This document shows positions 50,038 to 63,491 of a stretch of DNA of 64,000 nucleotides, piece by piece; positions within the stretch are counted from its first letter, which is position 1, and every line of letters begins with the position of its first letter. Below the pieces are notes generated by a model, which was not told the DNA's origin, made no database searches, and was given only the letters and a program-made list of their open reading frames with translations. This stretch comes from Octopus sinensis. Lineage: Eukaryota. Made by a program: the position numbers and the translations under genes. The stretch lies in the NCBI RefSeq assembly GCF_006345805.1, contig NC_043011.1:2604001-2668000 (forward strand), written 5' to 3'.

Positions 50038-51000
50038 ATCCTTTTTAATTTGGCAAAAGAGCTTGCACAATAGTGTCTGATAGAACTACTTGGGAACTTC
50101 ATCTTCAAGACCTCAAAACAACACTAACGGAAAGACAATGTCCACCCTCACTTATATAGATAATGGAATTAAGCGTGCCAAGAAATTAGGCATAAAACAC
50201 TAAGGACAACAAAGCATAACACCACACCTCATCTCAAAACACTACTGTATATATCAACCCACAATCCTTGAAACAATGTGGCATACAACAATCTCCCATT
50301 ACTAACGAGAGACCCAAAAATGAACAACAGCCTGAAATCACATAAACTCATCAAATGCGAAAAGCAACACAAATCGCTAAAGAGACTTCTAACAAATGTG
50401 AAGCTTTACACAACAACCACAAAACCAACGGTTAAAAAATGTGGACGCCCAAACTGTGGAACATGCCCCAACCTACTTGAAGGCTCAGATTTCCTTTTCA
50501 AACAAGGAAAGAGGTTCACAATTAAAACCAACTTCACTTGTGCCTCTGAGAACCTAATTTATGAAATAACCTGCTTGGGTTGTGGACATCACTATATAGG
50601 ACAGAAAAGTTTGACATTGAGATGGAGAACCACTCTACATAAAGAGCAGATCCGATTCCTGCAATACAAATTCCTTTAAGTGAACACATAGAGAAATTTG
50701 CAGGTAACATCAAACCAAATTTCACAGTCTTCCCCTTCTATCAGTGCAAAGATGTAATTTCTTTACAAGAAAGTTTAAATAAAGAACATTTTTCATTGAA
50801 AAATACAGGACACGTTTAAGTATGCATGCATAACCAAATTTGATCTCTAAACATATTTTAATTCATGATTACGTACCCATCACTGTACATATTTCTCCCA
50901 CCCACTCTAGTTTTTAAATTTTTGTGTATATATATTCCACCCCCACTGCCAAAAACTGAACAATTATCTCCCTTATCCACAATAATAACGATAACCAATT
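50038..51000 (+). mobile_element. Penelope-like element 3' remnant (RT thumb end plus GIY-YIG)
   Basis: FNLAK/R.CTIVSD..LHLQDLK..L.ER..P..LI; KKCGRPNCGTCPNL..FTCASENLIYEITCLGCGHHYIGQ..LRWRTTLHKEQI; starts directly at a (TA)n tract; the 3' boundary is approximate. Confidence 0.85.
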
Positions 51001-51783
51001 ACATCCCCTTAGCTTCTTCTAATTGTTGAATTGTGTATATGTGTATAAAATATACACATATACAAAAATAAAAGGGTATTAAGAGTGAAGTTGAATGAAG
51101 AAAAATATATGGAATAAATCAGTGCATAATAAAGGCAAATAAAAATTTAAGACAATGGAGCTAAAATAATATAAATATATAAAAATACAAGAGTATAAAT
51201 ACAAACAATAAAGTGTAAGGTAACCAGAACAGAGTCCATTCAAGGCCAACTCTATGATTGTTTCAAAGGATGCTGCTTCACATTGTTAATGTACAATCCA
51301 TTAAAGAAATCCAATGGCAACACCTTTTCATCAGTAGAAAACATAGAAAGGCTTCACCTTATTTACTGTTGGGTTTTACCATTGGGTGCTCTATTGTTTT
51401 AATATATATTTGTATTCGATTCTGATAATTGTGGAATGATATAAAGTCGTTTTGACCGAATGTAGCGTTTATTCATTAAATGTGTGTGTGTGTGTATGTA
51501 TATATGATTGTTAAACAGGATAGCAAACATTAAGGCAAGCAAACATCTCAAGTTATATACAATATTATTATGCAAAGGAATTCAAAACCTTACAGCTGTT
51601 TGTGGGATATTTTGTCATCAGAGACAAATAGGGAAAAAATAGGGAAAATGAGAATGGTATATATTAATAAAATGATGGCATAGAGGAGGGGAGTAAAAGG
51701 ATAAGGAGATGGAAAGAAAGAAGAGAAAATAAGCATAACAGTACATAGATCAAATTTCTGAAGTTATAAAAACCAGAGCATGA

Positions 51784-51852
51784 GTCCTTAGGTGCAATCC
51801 TGCATAGATCCATGATCATAAGTCTTTAGGTGCAATCCTGTATAGATCCATG
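51784..51852. repeat. Two-copy tandem repeat, period 38 bp
   Basis: gtccttaggtgcaatcctgcatagatccatg and gtctttaggtgcaatcctgtatagatccatg. Confidence 0.85.
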
Positions 51853-52019
51853 TGGGTTAAAGTCCTGATATAGTAGGCATCCCTAGAAAAAGACGCGAAT
51901 ATATCAAGATTCAATAACTACGGTCTTGGCTATAACCCAGTAATCCGTTACAGCACATACCTAGCATACCTAATCATTTAGATCATCTGTAAACAAAACA
52001 CCCATACTTTGTGTGTGTG

Positions 52020-52079
<60 letters not shown>

Positions 52080-52269
52080 CACACACATATATATATATAT
52101 ACATGTATGTATATATAATTGCATGATTTTGTGCATCCGTGGATGTAAGCTTTCCATAAAAGTGTGAGATAAAGCATGAGTTTCATACTATCCCAAAATG
52201 TATTTCTACATCCAACCATATATACCCTGCTATACATACACACACATACATATATACATGGTAGCTGCC

Positions 52270-52670
52270 CCCTCGTTATGGAGTATGGCCATTGCATGAA
52301 GCTTAATCAATGTTGTTATCGTGCAATGCCTGTGCAAGAAGATTTTTTTTAAGTGAGGAAAGTCTGTGCACTGAGTCAATCCCACTCACTATGCAACAGC
52401 AGCCATAATCCGAAAAGAAGAACAAGTCAACATCATCAGTAACCACTGAGCCGCAGGTTTTATGTCAGAGTTATCCCAGTTTCCTGAGTTACCTTCTCCT
52501 GGAAGGATGCCCTAACAAAGGCTAGGAGTCCTTCACTCCCAATGGTTTAACCGCGCGATTGGGTATTGAGTCCAATCATTTCTATGTCCCCGTACATGAT
52601 ACAGCCTTAAGACCCTTTGATGGGTTATGTTTTGCATCCTGCAGGGTGTCCAATAAACACCCTCCTCTTT
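52270..52670 (-). mobile_element. Possible RTE-clade LINE 5' UTR fragment
   Basis: GC-richer island; minus strand gggcatccttccaggagaaggtaactc...tgacataaaacc resembles a recalled RTE 5' UTR motif (ctaggagaagg..aactctg...aaacc). Confidence 0.35.
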
Positions 52671-53834
52671 GAGAAACAATTTTTCTAACAATTTTATAGC
52701 TTTCATATTACTCTTCCTTCAGTATTTGAGTACTATTTTTTTCACCTTGATTTGCACTTATGTGCTCACTTCTGTGTGTGTATTTGTGTATATATATTTG
52801 CATGTGTATTTATGTGTGTATAAAAATGAGTATTTGTTTATTGATTGCTTACATGCTCTAGCAGATAAAGCAATTAATACAGAGATATTGTTTATGCTTG
52901 CCATAAAAGCATGTCTGGCTGCTGAGTAGTTAATTGCATGACAGCAGACGTATAGCTGCCTTAATTTGTAGCAACTAATGGCTTGCAACAAGAGAATCAT
53001 TTGTTTTTAAAATTCTCTCATAATATATGTTGTCCAACCCATGAAGACATGAAAAAGTGGGTGTAAAACGGAAGTAAAAATAATTTACAGTTGTCAAAGG
53101 TTCTTTTTGTAAGTTCATCTCCTTTGAAAGAAAAGGAATTAAAAAACAGAAATTAAGTGGTTCTATCATCTTTCTTTTTATGAAGATTAGTGGCAACTAT
53201 TGATTTGAGAGCCAAAGGATATCAACTTAAAAAAAGACAACTTAATATATATATGCATGTATGTTAATGGGTGTATGTACAGAGAGAGGGAGAGAGAGAG
53301 AGAGAGCTGGCTTCTGCACAGTTTCTATCTACCAAATTCCGGTCACATGGGTTTGGCCAAATACTACAAAGATACTTGCCAAATACTACAAAGTGAGATC
53401 AAACCTAGGATTAAGGTCCTGTAAAGAAAACTTTTAAAATTATATCACCATTCCTACATCTGGTTGTGTTAATATTTTTAGCTTTTTAATTCTTCCGGAA
53501 AAGGTGTGGATATCACAACCTCTTATGTTACATTCTGTTTAAAGCACAAGGTCTTTATATCAAGTTTAAAATGAAAAACAGGCATTTCATTTGATATTCA
53601 TCATTTATTTATTACAGGATTAAGACATGTGAAATATTTAATAGTAAATACAGTTAATATAAAATGACTTTTTCATGCACAACTTCCTTGTTTCCCATGA
53701 GTTTCAAAGGTTACAACATCTAGAATTATATAAATATAAGCATTAATGACATATGAATATACAGTCAAATGCTACATAAAATTCCAGTGCAGTGCTTTTA
53801 AATTTACAGTCTCATCTACTATGTAAATGAGAGT

Positions 53835-53915
53835 GTATGTATGTATGTATGTATGTATGTATGTATGTATGTATGTATGTATGTATGTATGTATGTATGC
53901 ATGTATGTATGTATG
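53835..53915. repeat. (GTAT)n microsatellite
   Basis: Read directly. Confidence 0.95.
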
Positions 53916-54418
53916 AGAATATATCACAGAAAGGCTATGAAACAGTGTGTCCTGAAGGAAAATGGATTTAATTTTTGAAATCTGGTCCCAAAGAAGGTTT
54001 TTTGGTTATAATTAATCAAAAATGATAATTTATTATGAGAAATAACTCATCTTTTAAATTGATGAATTTATCTCTCTCTGTTTTCATCAGGCTCTCTTTC
54101 TCTTTTATGTCATTCCCTTCTCTCACTATATTTACCACACTCATTATCACTCTTGTTTTGCATAAGATATGATATGCAATTGCTTTCATTTTGTTTAAAC
54201 TTCATCATTGTAATGTTTACTTTAATATTTCTGATAGACAGCTGTCATGTAGAAAATACCAAATCTTGAATAAAAATTATCAAGCTTTAGACCTGAGTAA
54301 AATTAATAATTTTTTTTCTGAAATAAATGAATCTCAAAATCGGATTCAGTCTGAGAAAGTACATCAATATACCAAATTCGAAAAACTTCACTTCAAAATC
54401 TGTGACAATAACAGAGAA

Positions 54419-54422
<4 letters not shown>

Positions 54423-54508
<86 letters not shown>

Positions 54509-54540
54509 ACTATCTATCTATCTATCTATCTATCTCTATT
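54423..54540. repeat. (CT)n plus (CTAT)n microsatellite
   Basis: Read directly. Confidence 0.95.
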
Positions 54541-54680
54541 TCTTCCTTTAACGCAAACTTTACACTCACCATATATATATTTGCCACACTTTCTCTCTAT
54601 ATGTATATCATTCATGTGAGTGTGTGTATGTTTGTGCATGCTTGAGTGCATGTGTGTGTGTATGTGTGTGTGCATGTGTA

Positions 54681-54711
<31 letters not shown>

Positions 54712-55386
54712 ATGTGTGTGTGTATATGTGTGTGTGTGTGCATGTGTGTAAGGAATTTCATTTGGGTGAAAGAGTTAAAAAACTCTCACAAAGCATCAGC
54801 AGTGAACTAAGAAAAATCTTTACATCTATTTACAAAATCGAGAAACATTATAAATTGCCCGCCAAAAGACAGATATCTGTCCTGATCAAGAGGCCTATCT
54901 GTTGGATGATCTGACATGGAATAAAAAAGAATTGAAATATAGGCAATTGTGAAATTGCCTGGCTAAGTTGGGATACTCAGCTAGCATTTTATAGATTTGC
55001 ATTCTAATAAATTCAGTCAAAATTTCTGGAAGTATTCAGTTGTATGTTATATAAATTTATCTAATGCTATATCAATTTATGGTTTAATTCTGCATGTTTA
55101 GTCAAATGCTAAATTTATAACCAAAAGTTTTATAAGTTCAGTCAAAAATCAACTGTGACTTTCAAAAAGTTACACAAGTTTTCCTTTAGTATGCTTTTTC
55201 TTTGTCATTTATACAGTTTCAGATAACTTTGAAATGAAATTTTAAATGTTTGTAAGTTTATATAAATTGACAATTAGTGCCATATAAATTTATACTTTAG
55301 TATGATATCAAGTTACAGGGTAATGTTAAATAAAAATATGGTTTTACACTATGTAAAGTTATAGTGCAATGTTGAATAGATATACA

Positions 55387-55807
55387 TAGGCGCAGGAGTG
55401 GCTGTGTGGTAAGTAGCTTGCTAACCAACCACATGGTTCCAGGTTCAGTCCCACTGCGTGACACCTTGGGCAGGTGTCTTCTACTATAGCCCCGGGCCGA
55501 CCAATGCCTTGTGAGTGGATTTGGTAGACGGAAACTGAAAGAAGACTGTCGTATATATGTATATATGTATATATATATATATATTTATGTGTGTCTGTGT
55601 TTGTCGGTATTTGTCCCCCTAGCATTGCTTGACAACCGATGCTGGTGTGTTTATGTCCCCGTTACTTAGCGGTTCGGCAAAAGAGACCGATAGAATAAGT
55701 ACTGGGCTTACAAAAAGAATAAGTCCCGGGGTCGAGTTGCTCGATTAAAGGTGGTGCTCCAGCATGGCCGCAGTCAAATGACTGAAACAAGTAAAAGAGT
55801 AAAAGAG
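55387..55807 (+). mobile_element. SINE family B, full length
   Basis: taggcgcaggagtggctgtgtgg head through the gtaaaagagtaaaagag tail. Confidence 0.9.
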
Positions 55808-57029
55808 TTTATGCTATACAAATATACAGTAGATGCTATATAAATTTACAGTCAAATGCTATATAAGTTTAGTCAAATTCTAACAAATAAATAAAAGTAA
55901 TGAATTGTACTTATTGATATCTACCATAGCTTTAATGACTGCAGCAGAATATTTCTTAAGTTATATGTATAGTGAATTTGTATTGCTTTATTTATACAAA
56001 AATTATTTACATAGAAGAAACAACAGGCCTTTCTTTGAATGCTAATCTGATTAGCTTGCATTTTCTTGCACTAACGGGTTACCATATCAGTGGAAAGTAA
56101 AATTTTAAGTACGTTCATGTTGCATGCTAAGAAGACATATCGAAGATTTTGTGTTGACTTCATATTTCAAGAATAATTCTCTGTTGAAGTGTCAGACATT
56201 TGTTGTTATTGATTTTAACCAAACTGACTCTTGACAATATGCATCACTGCCAAGCAAACAAGCAAGCCTCTATAAGGCCTTTTGACCTGTTGCAAATAGC
56301 TACCAAATTTACACAAATTACAACATACTGTGGAAATAAATAAAAATGCTAGTTCTGGATGTACAAAAACTAGATAGGTTGTGGTTAGGATGCCATTGAT
56401 CACTGGTCTGTTCAATGGGAATTGATCTCAGGATAAACAACAAATTCTTATAACAGTTTCTCAAATCTATTTTATATTTCTCAGGAAAGTCTTTTACACA
56501 ATTACAATTCTATACATCTGAATTTTAGCACACACATTACTATTGCACATAGGAAATAGTTGAAATGTCCGGTAATACCAGTTTACAATGAAGAAAGCAG
56601 CTAATTTTATAATGATTGGTTTGCATAAATAATTTCGTTTTTACAGCTTTTATTCAGTCCTAACTAAATTCACTAATTGTAAAAGTATTGCTCTGCATAC
56701 AATTTACTTTAAGTCAGATTCAGCATTAATCTACGACAGCAGGAGCAGCGACAAAATAATGCAGACTGCTTCTTAGAAATCAGCATTTTAAAGTTTCATT
56801 TCAAAATCATCTGAAACAGATAAATGACAGTTAGAAAATGTACTAATGGAAAATTTGGGTGAATTCTGAAGCATCAGAGTTGACATCGTTTCTGAAAGCT
56901 AAACTATAAGTTTAATATGTAATTAGTATTTACCTTGTTAATTTTACTGTATTGTCAGTACCGTAATTTTTATTCAAGTTAATTAAGAGCAAAGCTTCTC
57001 CAGAGCTCTGGTAATATTTCTTACCTTGG

Positions 57030-57230
57030 AAGGTGGTGAGATGGCAGAAACGTTAGCACACTGGGTGAAATGCTTAGCAGTATTTCATCTGTCTTTATGT
57101 TCTGAGGTCGACTTTGCCTTTCATCCTTTCGGGGTTGATAAATTAAGTACCAGTTACGTAGTGGGGTCGATCTAATCGACTGACCCCCTCCCCCAAAATT
57201 TTGGGTCTTGTGCCTAGAGTAGAAAAGAAT
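57030..57230 (+). mobile_element. SINE family A (tail variant ...gggtcttgtgcctagagtagaaaagaat)
   Basis: Head and central domain as in other A copies, with a short internal deletion. Confidence 0.85.
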
Positions 57231-58036
57231 CTTTCTTACTTTGGACAAGCAGCAAAAAAAATGGGACATGTAAGGTAATCATAATAATCAATTGAAGTTG
57301 AATATTCTTATGATTTTTAATTTAATTCTTCACTACACTGTGTGGTTTGTTTCCTTCTTTAAAATGTTAGTTATCTACATATTGGAAATCATCCAACATC
57401 CATTTTGTCAGATTTTGAATCTATTTGAGTTGAGAAAGAAATGGTTCTGCTGTTATAAGTCTGCTTAAACTTTTATTTACAATTTCCCATTCATAGCTTC
57501 CTTTCACACCAACCTGCCTAAGACTACTTCTCATTTTATGATACAAACATTTCATTTTGAGCCAACTGTATTTAAACTAGAATTTTCCTTAAAATATTTT
57601 ATGTAAGAAACATTTTTAAAGTTGTTTCAAAAACAAACTTAATGGAAAATTTAATAATTTCAGTAAATCCCCTCCAAATTCTTGATTATGTTTTAAAGTG
57701 ATTGAAACATAGGTGATCTGTTTTATTAAAGACCTGATCAAAAAAAGGGTTAACTTTGCAAACACAAAGGATCTCATCCAGCTGATAGTTCCTTGTTTTT
57801 TATAGATATTTCCATTGTTTTATCTGTTTCACTACCATACAGTATTGTACTGTCATACTGGGTCATATATGTTAATCACGCATCATGTTCAAGTATAAAC
57901 ACATACAGAAATTATATGCAAACCATATAATGAAATTCACATTAAATGAAATTCACATTCTAAAAATGAACATACAGCACACATTAGATAATGTAGCCCC
58001 TGACACACTTTACACCTGATCTGAATTAACAATAGT

Positions 58037-58335
58037 GGAGGCACATGGCCGAATGGTTGGAGCAGCGGACTCACGGTCGAGGAATAACAGGTTTGAATCT
58101 CAGACCGGGTGATGTGTGTGTTTATGAGCGAAACACCTAAGCTTCACACAGCTCCGGCTGAAGGTAATGGCGAACTTCTGCTGACTCTTTCGCCACAACT
58201 TTCTCTCACTCTTTCCTCCTGCATCTTGTGGCTCACCTGTGATGGACCGGTGTCCTGTCCAAATGGGGAACCTATACACCAAAGAAACCGGGAAACTGGC
58301 CCTTATGAGCCAGGCATGGCTTGAGAAGGAAAAAA
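58037..58335 (+). mobile_element. tRNA-derived SINE family E with V-domain-like block
   Basis: Head ggaggcacatggccgaatggttggagc...ggtttgaatctc; cctgtgatggaccggtgtcctgtcca (58236-58261) resembles the recalled V-SINE motif; 3' gaaaccgggaaactggcccttatgagcc. Confidence 0.6.
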
Positions 58336-59354
58336 TAAAATTAACAATAGAGACATATATAATACAGTTGAGGTTATAATATATGAATACAAGTATAGTC
58401 TGTAACTAAGCGTATTATATTTGTACACACTTATGCATTTTATTTTCCATTGTTTGTTCGTAAATGTATTTAGTTCAAATGATTTGGTACTTCTCACTGA
58501 CTTGTTTTGAGAACGCTTCTCGCTGGTTATAAAATTAGCAATGAAATTCTCCTCAGATTACACCTTCTCATCTTAAAAAATGGAAAGACATCTAGGATAA
58601 TGTAATCCTAGGTACATTGTTTGAAAATTAGTTGGGATGGTCATGAGTGGAACACAAACTTGCTGAGTAAGAGCTGACCAACAGCTAGAAACAATAAATT
58701 CTTGTTCTTATTCTAGCAGAAAATAATTTTCTACTTCTATACTCTGTACCTCTTCCACCTCCAGGTAATATTAGTGAAGCTTGTGGAAAGTATAATAGAA
58801 TTTATTTTCCATTATTATGGTAGAAGTCATTTCAAAGATCTGTGTTTTGAAAATTGTAACAGGGTAAATAAGATTAAAAGTCTTCAATCTATAATTGTTT
58901 GTCTTCAAATTTCATATCAAGGCCATTATTTCTGAACAAATTAAAGCTATTATTTTTGCATCTGTATTAAAATTACAAATTATAGTTTATTTTGAGACTC
59001 CATTCCTTTATTACATTTTTTGGTTGTTGTTCATTGATTCGTTTTTACGTCCATTTTTCTATTCTGGCATGGGTTGGATGAATATGTTTTCAGGCATTGT
59101 TTTATCATCAGTCAGTTCAAATTTCTCATAACCTTTACTTGTTCTTTTAGTGATAGATTTTCTATTTTACTCTTCTTTGAAAACACAGGGACATCTACAG
59201 GATGTTTTATTACCAGAAAATGGCAGCAACACTGTGGTTTGCTCAATGCTTTTCATGGATGTGGAATGTAAGCATTCACATCCATGTACGTGGGCGCGCA
59301 CACACACACACACACACACACACCACACACACACACACGCACACACACACATGC

Positions 59355-60190
59355 ACACTCACACACATATACGTGTTGGTGCCATGTAAAAAACACCTAC
59401 CAAACTCTGTATAGTGACTGGTATTAAGAAGGTCATCAAGCAGTAGAAACCAATCCAAATCAGACTGGAACTCAGTGCAGCACTCTGACTTGCTAGCTCT
59501 GGTCAAATCGTCCAACCCATGCCAGTATGTGATGATGATGATATGATGGCAATCCCTCAAGGTCGAGGATGATGGTCTTCACGCAAATTTACTGGTGAGT
59601 CCGTAAGTGACCGATAAGACCAATTCTTGCTTGAAAAGATCGGTCGCAGTGCGGACATCTAGTGCCAGAAGGGAGAGTTGTACGTGGTTGTTGTTGGTGC
59701 TCCTTCCATCATCGTCTTTTCTCCTCCAGCTCTGCAGACCTTTTCGACTCGAAAGTCGCCGTTCCCTTATGGATGGTGGTTTTCCAGAGTGGTCTGTTTT
59801 TTGCCGTTTCCTCCCAGTTAGTGAAGTCGATGTCACACTTTTTGAGGTTCGTTTTCAGGGAGTCCTTGTAGCGTTTCTTCTGGCCTCCTTTTGTACGCTT
59901 GCTGTCTTTGAGTTGGGAGTAGAAGATCTGTTTGGGAAGTCGTTCGTCAGTCATTCTAACCACGTGGTCACTCCATCTTAGTTGGCCTTTGATGACATAG
60001 GCTTCGATGCTGGTCATTTTTGCTTCTTGTAGCGCGCTGATGTTAAGGATCTCTCGAAGACAGTGTTGGTGAAATTTCTCGAGCATTTTCAGGTGGTGAC
60101 TATACGGGGTCCAGGTTTCGGATGCGTAAAGGAGGGTTGGAATAATGACTGCCCTGTAAAACAGACATTAAAAGATGATGATGATGAAAA
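59355..60190 (+). mobile_element. SINE family C copy split by an RTE LINE insertion (pieces 59355-59529 and ~60157-60190)
   Basis: ...tccaacccatgccagtatg, then the insertion, then taaaacagacattaaaagatgatgatg; the pieces join to give the family C tail. Confidence 0.75.
59530..60160 (-). mobile_element. RTE/BovB-like LINE 3' end, 5'-truncated, (CAT)n tail
   Basis: YRAVIIPTLLYASETW..LEKFHQHCLREIL..QLRWSDHVVRMTDERLPKQIFYSQL..GGQKKRYKDSLK.NLKKC; 3' end gggattgccatcatatcatcatcatc. Confidence 0.92.
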
Positions 60191-60195
60191 TGATA

Positions 60196-60226
<31 letters not shown>

Positions 60227-60704
60227 GGAGGAGGAGGAGGAGGAGGATGGTGCAAACTAATACAAACTGAAATGCACAAACCAGCCTGTCTTGGAGACCA
60301 GCAAATCTGAATAAGAACAGAGGCTGTAATGACACAGCCAACACATGTAGCATGAAAAACAGATATAAGACTAATGAATGATGATGATGAGTGCTTGTGT
60401 GTTTGTTTGTATGCATGTATGCATGTGTATATGCATGTATATATGTTTATGTATATTTATCTATTTGTTAATCAATCAGAATTGACTGGGACTTCAAATT
60501 TTGCCATTATAGGCTTCTTCACTCAATCAGTAAAGTTGTTACCAGATTTTCACCTTTAATTGACACTTCTGGTACTTTGTTTTCTCAAAACAGGTGTTTA
60601 CTTATAAAGGTGTCAGCAGTTATTTGTCAAAGGGCTTGATTACTTATTACGGAGATGTACTTGCATAGCGAGTGACTTGATCTGAGATCGTGTGCTGGAA
60701 CGAA

Positions 60705-60811
60705 AACAATTGCAGCATGGAAGGTGTTTATAAGCCATTTAAGAAACACAAATCTAACGGTTTTGTGTGTTTCTTAAATGGCTCATAAACACCTTCCATG
60801 CTGCAATTGTT
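60705..60811. repeat. Fold-back palindrome, 46-bp arms (1 mismatch), 15-nt loop
   Basis: aacaattgcagcatggaaggtgtttataagccatttaagaaacaca / tgtgtttcttaaatggctcataaacaccttccatgctgcaattgtt. Confidence 0.9.
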
Positions 60812-61179
60812 GATTACTTATATTCTAGTTTAATGTCAGTGAGGGTGAGGGAGAGTGAGGTAAAAAAAATCAATGAAACAAGACAGAAAGAGAAAGGAAA
60901 CAAGAAAGAAGGAGAGGAAGGGGGGAAAGGAGTAATAGTTTTGAAAGTAAGAGAGGTTGAACTATGAGAGCATAGGTGTCACAAAGAAAGAAAGAATGTC
61001 AAATAAGAATTATTAATGGATCTTGGGTGTTGTTAATTATCAATATGTACTGAGCCTGATTTATTAAAAACGCACATGCAGACACACACACACACACAAA
61101 ATACATGTGCAAGTTGAACATGTGGACATGTGTGTGCAAGTGCATATGTGTGAGTTTGTACCTAAAGTCATATTTATAT

Positions 61180-61405
61180 GTCCTTTCGTTACTCTATTTA
61201 TTTTGAGATGTTCTGTGTTTCTTTCAATTACTTTAAATATAACAAAGAATTTAGTAAAATAACTTAGTTATCTTTCAGCTAGTGTTGGGAACATAAATTG
61301 TGACTAAGGTTTGGTGGAAGATTTTAGTTAAAACCTTAAGAAAACAAGACAATTGTACAACAGAGCCAGAGCCGGTTTCAGCCAGGTTGGTAACAAAAGG
61401 GTTAA
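61180..61405 (-). mobile_element. TTAA-type piggyBac-like MITE
   Basis: Reverse complement of 2782-3007; ends in aaagggTTAA. Confidence 0.8.
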
Positions 61406-61624
61406 TAGTCATATAGATTGTCAAGCCATGAAATTAGAGCCTGTAATTAAAACCACAACAGCTTTCTACATATTCATTACCCTTTCCGTTCAAGTTGCCA
61501 AATCTAATTAGTGATGAACAATATTTAAAATGTAAACAAAATTATGAGTAGTACAACTTCATTTGCATAAGATTACAAGATTGTTGGGTGAGATTAAATA
61601 ACTAGGAGTACTAATGTAGTATGA

Positions 61625-61637
61625 GCTATGAATACAC

Positions 61638-61672
<35 letters not shown>

Positions 61673-61715
61673 CACAAACACACACAGACACACATCTATC
61701 TATCTATTCTATCTG

Positions 61716-61758
<43 letters not shown>

Positions 61759-61759
61759 G

Positions 61760-61800
<41 letters not shown>

Positions 61801-61833
61801 ATATATATATCTATCTATCTATCTCTCTCTCTC

Positions 61834-61865
<32 letters not shown>

Positions 61866-61880
61866 AAGAGAGAGAGAGAT
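61625..61880. repeat. Compound (CA)n(CTAT)n(CT)n(TA)n(GA)n microsatellite
   Basis: Read directly. Confidence 0.95.
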
Positions 61881-62112
61881 GCAGATAAATACAAGCTGAC
61901 CTGACACAAATACACATATATTTATATAGATACATATAACAACATATATTGATAAAGATAAACACATATATACATAAAGAATAAAATGTATTGAATGACA
62001 CAACAATGCACTATAATAACAACGATGGGTGATAATAACTGTTGTAATTTAATCATCCATAGTCTGATATGATATTTCAGAATAAAAATTCCTTCTTTGG
62101 ATATCCCTAGGA

Positions 62113-62352
62113 ATTGATGGAGTCGCTGCTATAACTGGTTTTCCAACAGCTTTCCCTCTCTCTTTCGGAGAGGCACTGAGCACCTACACACACACATACA
62201 CACACGGCAGTAACTTCCGCCTACCGAATTCAATCACAAAGCTTCGGTCGACTCAGGGCTATAGTGGAAGACACCTGCCCAAAGTGTCACGCAGTGGGAC
62301 TGAACCCGAAACCATATAGCTAGGAAGCAAGCTCCCTAACCACACAGCCATG
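62113..62352 (-). mobile_element. SINE subfamily B-prime with 8-bp TSD
   Basis: Reverse complement of the 8556-type copy; ccctagga at 62105-62112 and 62353-62360. Confidence 0.8.
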
Positions 62353-62813
62353 CCCTAGGATATTTCAATGTAGGGTACTCAGAAGAGAATGTCTAGTTTC
62401 TTAACACAAAAGTCGTTTCAGGAAGTTCAGAATTACATAATAATCATAATTAGCAGATGGAATGTGCAAAATGTCTTGGGTATGCAACCCTTCATCAAGA
62501 GAAAATTGATTAAGGGAGCTGGAATTATAGCAATATGTTAGTGTGACTATTTACTGGTTGTGTACCCAAGACTTTTTATACATTCCATCTGGAAATTATG
62601 AGCATTATGATAATTATGTATTTGCAAGCTTCCTGAAACAGCTGTTAAGTTATGAAATTGTGTATTCTCTTCTTAGTACCCAGTACCTTTTATGCTCTAT
62701 GTAATTATATTTCTCTTTGTGTGTGTGTATATATATATATTTATACGCATATATATATATATACATACACATTCACATATATATATGTACACACACACAT
62801 ACACACACACACA

Positions 62814-62862
<49 letters not shown>

Positions 62863-63002
62863 CAGGCATGGCTGTGTGGTATGAAGCTTGCTTCATGGCC
62901 ACATAGTTCTGGGCTCAGTCCCACTGAGTGGCACCTTGAGCAAGTGTTTTCTACTATAGCCTTGAGCAGACCAAAGCCTTGTTTACGGAAACTGAATGAA
63001 CC

Positions 63003-63039
<37 letters not shown>

Positions 63040-63420
63040 ATGGTGTGTGGTGAGGCAAATCGTTGCTAAACCCTTAATTACTTAGTATATATACATGTGT
63101 ATATATCTGTGTGTGTGTATGTCTTTGTGTTTGTGTTTGTACTTCCATCACTGCTTGATAACCAGTATTGGTGTGTTTATGTCCCGGTAATGTAGTGGTT
63201 CATCAAAAGAGTACCTGGGCAATTGTCTTCCACTATAGCCTTGGGCCAACCAAAGCTTCGTGAGTGGATTTAGTTGATAGATGTGGAAAGAAGCCCCAGA
63301 GACTGATAGAATAAGTACTAGGCTTAAAAGATAAGTTCTGAGGTCTATTTGTTTGACTTAAACCCCTCAGGGCAGTGCTCCAGGATGGCCGCGGTCAAAT
63401 GACTGAAACAAGTAAAAGAA
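62863..63420 (+). mobile_element. SINE family B, rearranged (extra CORE-like block inside the 3' half)
   Basis: Head at 62863; segment 63211-63297 repeats the ctgggcaattgtcttccactatagcc...aagaagccc block between aaaagag and agagactgatag. Confidence 0.7.
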
Positions 63421-63491
63421 CACTGCTATGTGTTTTCCATACTGAGCATATCTAGTTCTAGCCCATTATTTTTACACACACACACACAGTC

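Noticed and set aside
51290-51480. Hammerhead remnants downstream of the 50038 Penelope fragment (minus ctgatgaaaagg; plus gtcgttttgaccgaatg)
   Set aside because: There is no intact GAAA at the right spacing and the stems are too degenerate.
56215-57020. 5' end of a minus-strand gene (putative UTR exons and a short intron)
   Set aside because: No CpG/GC-rich promoter signature, weak donors, and no recognisable peptide.
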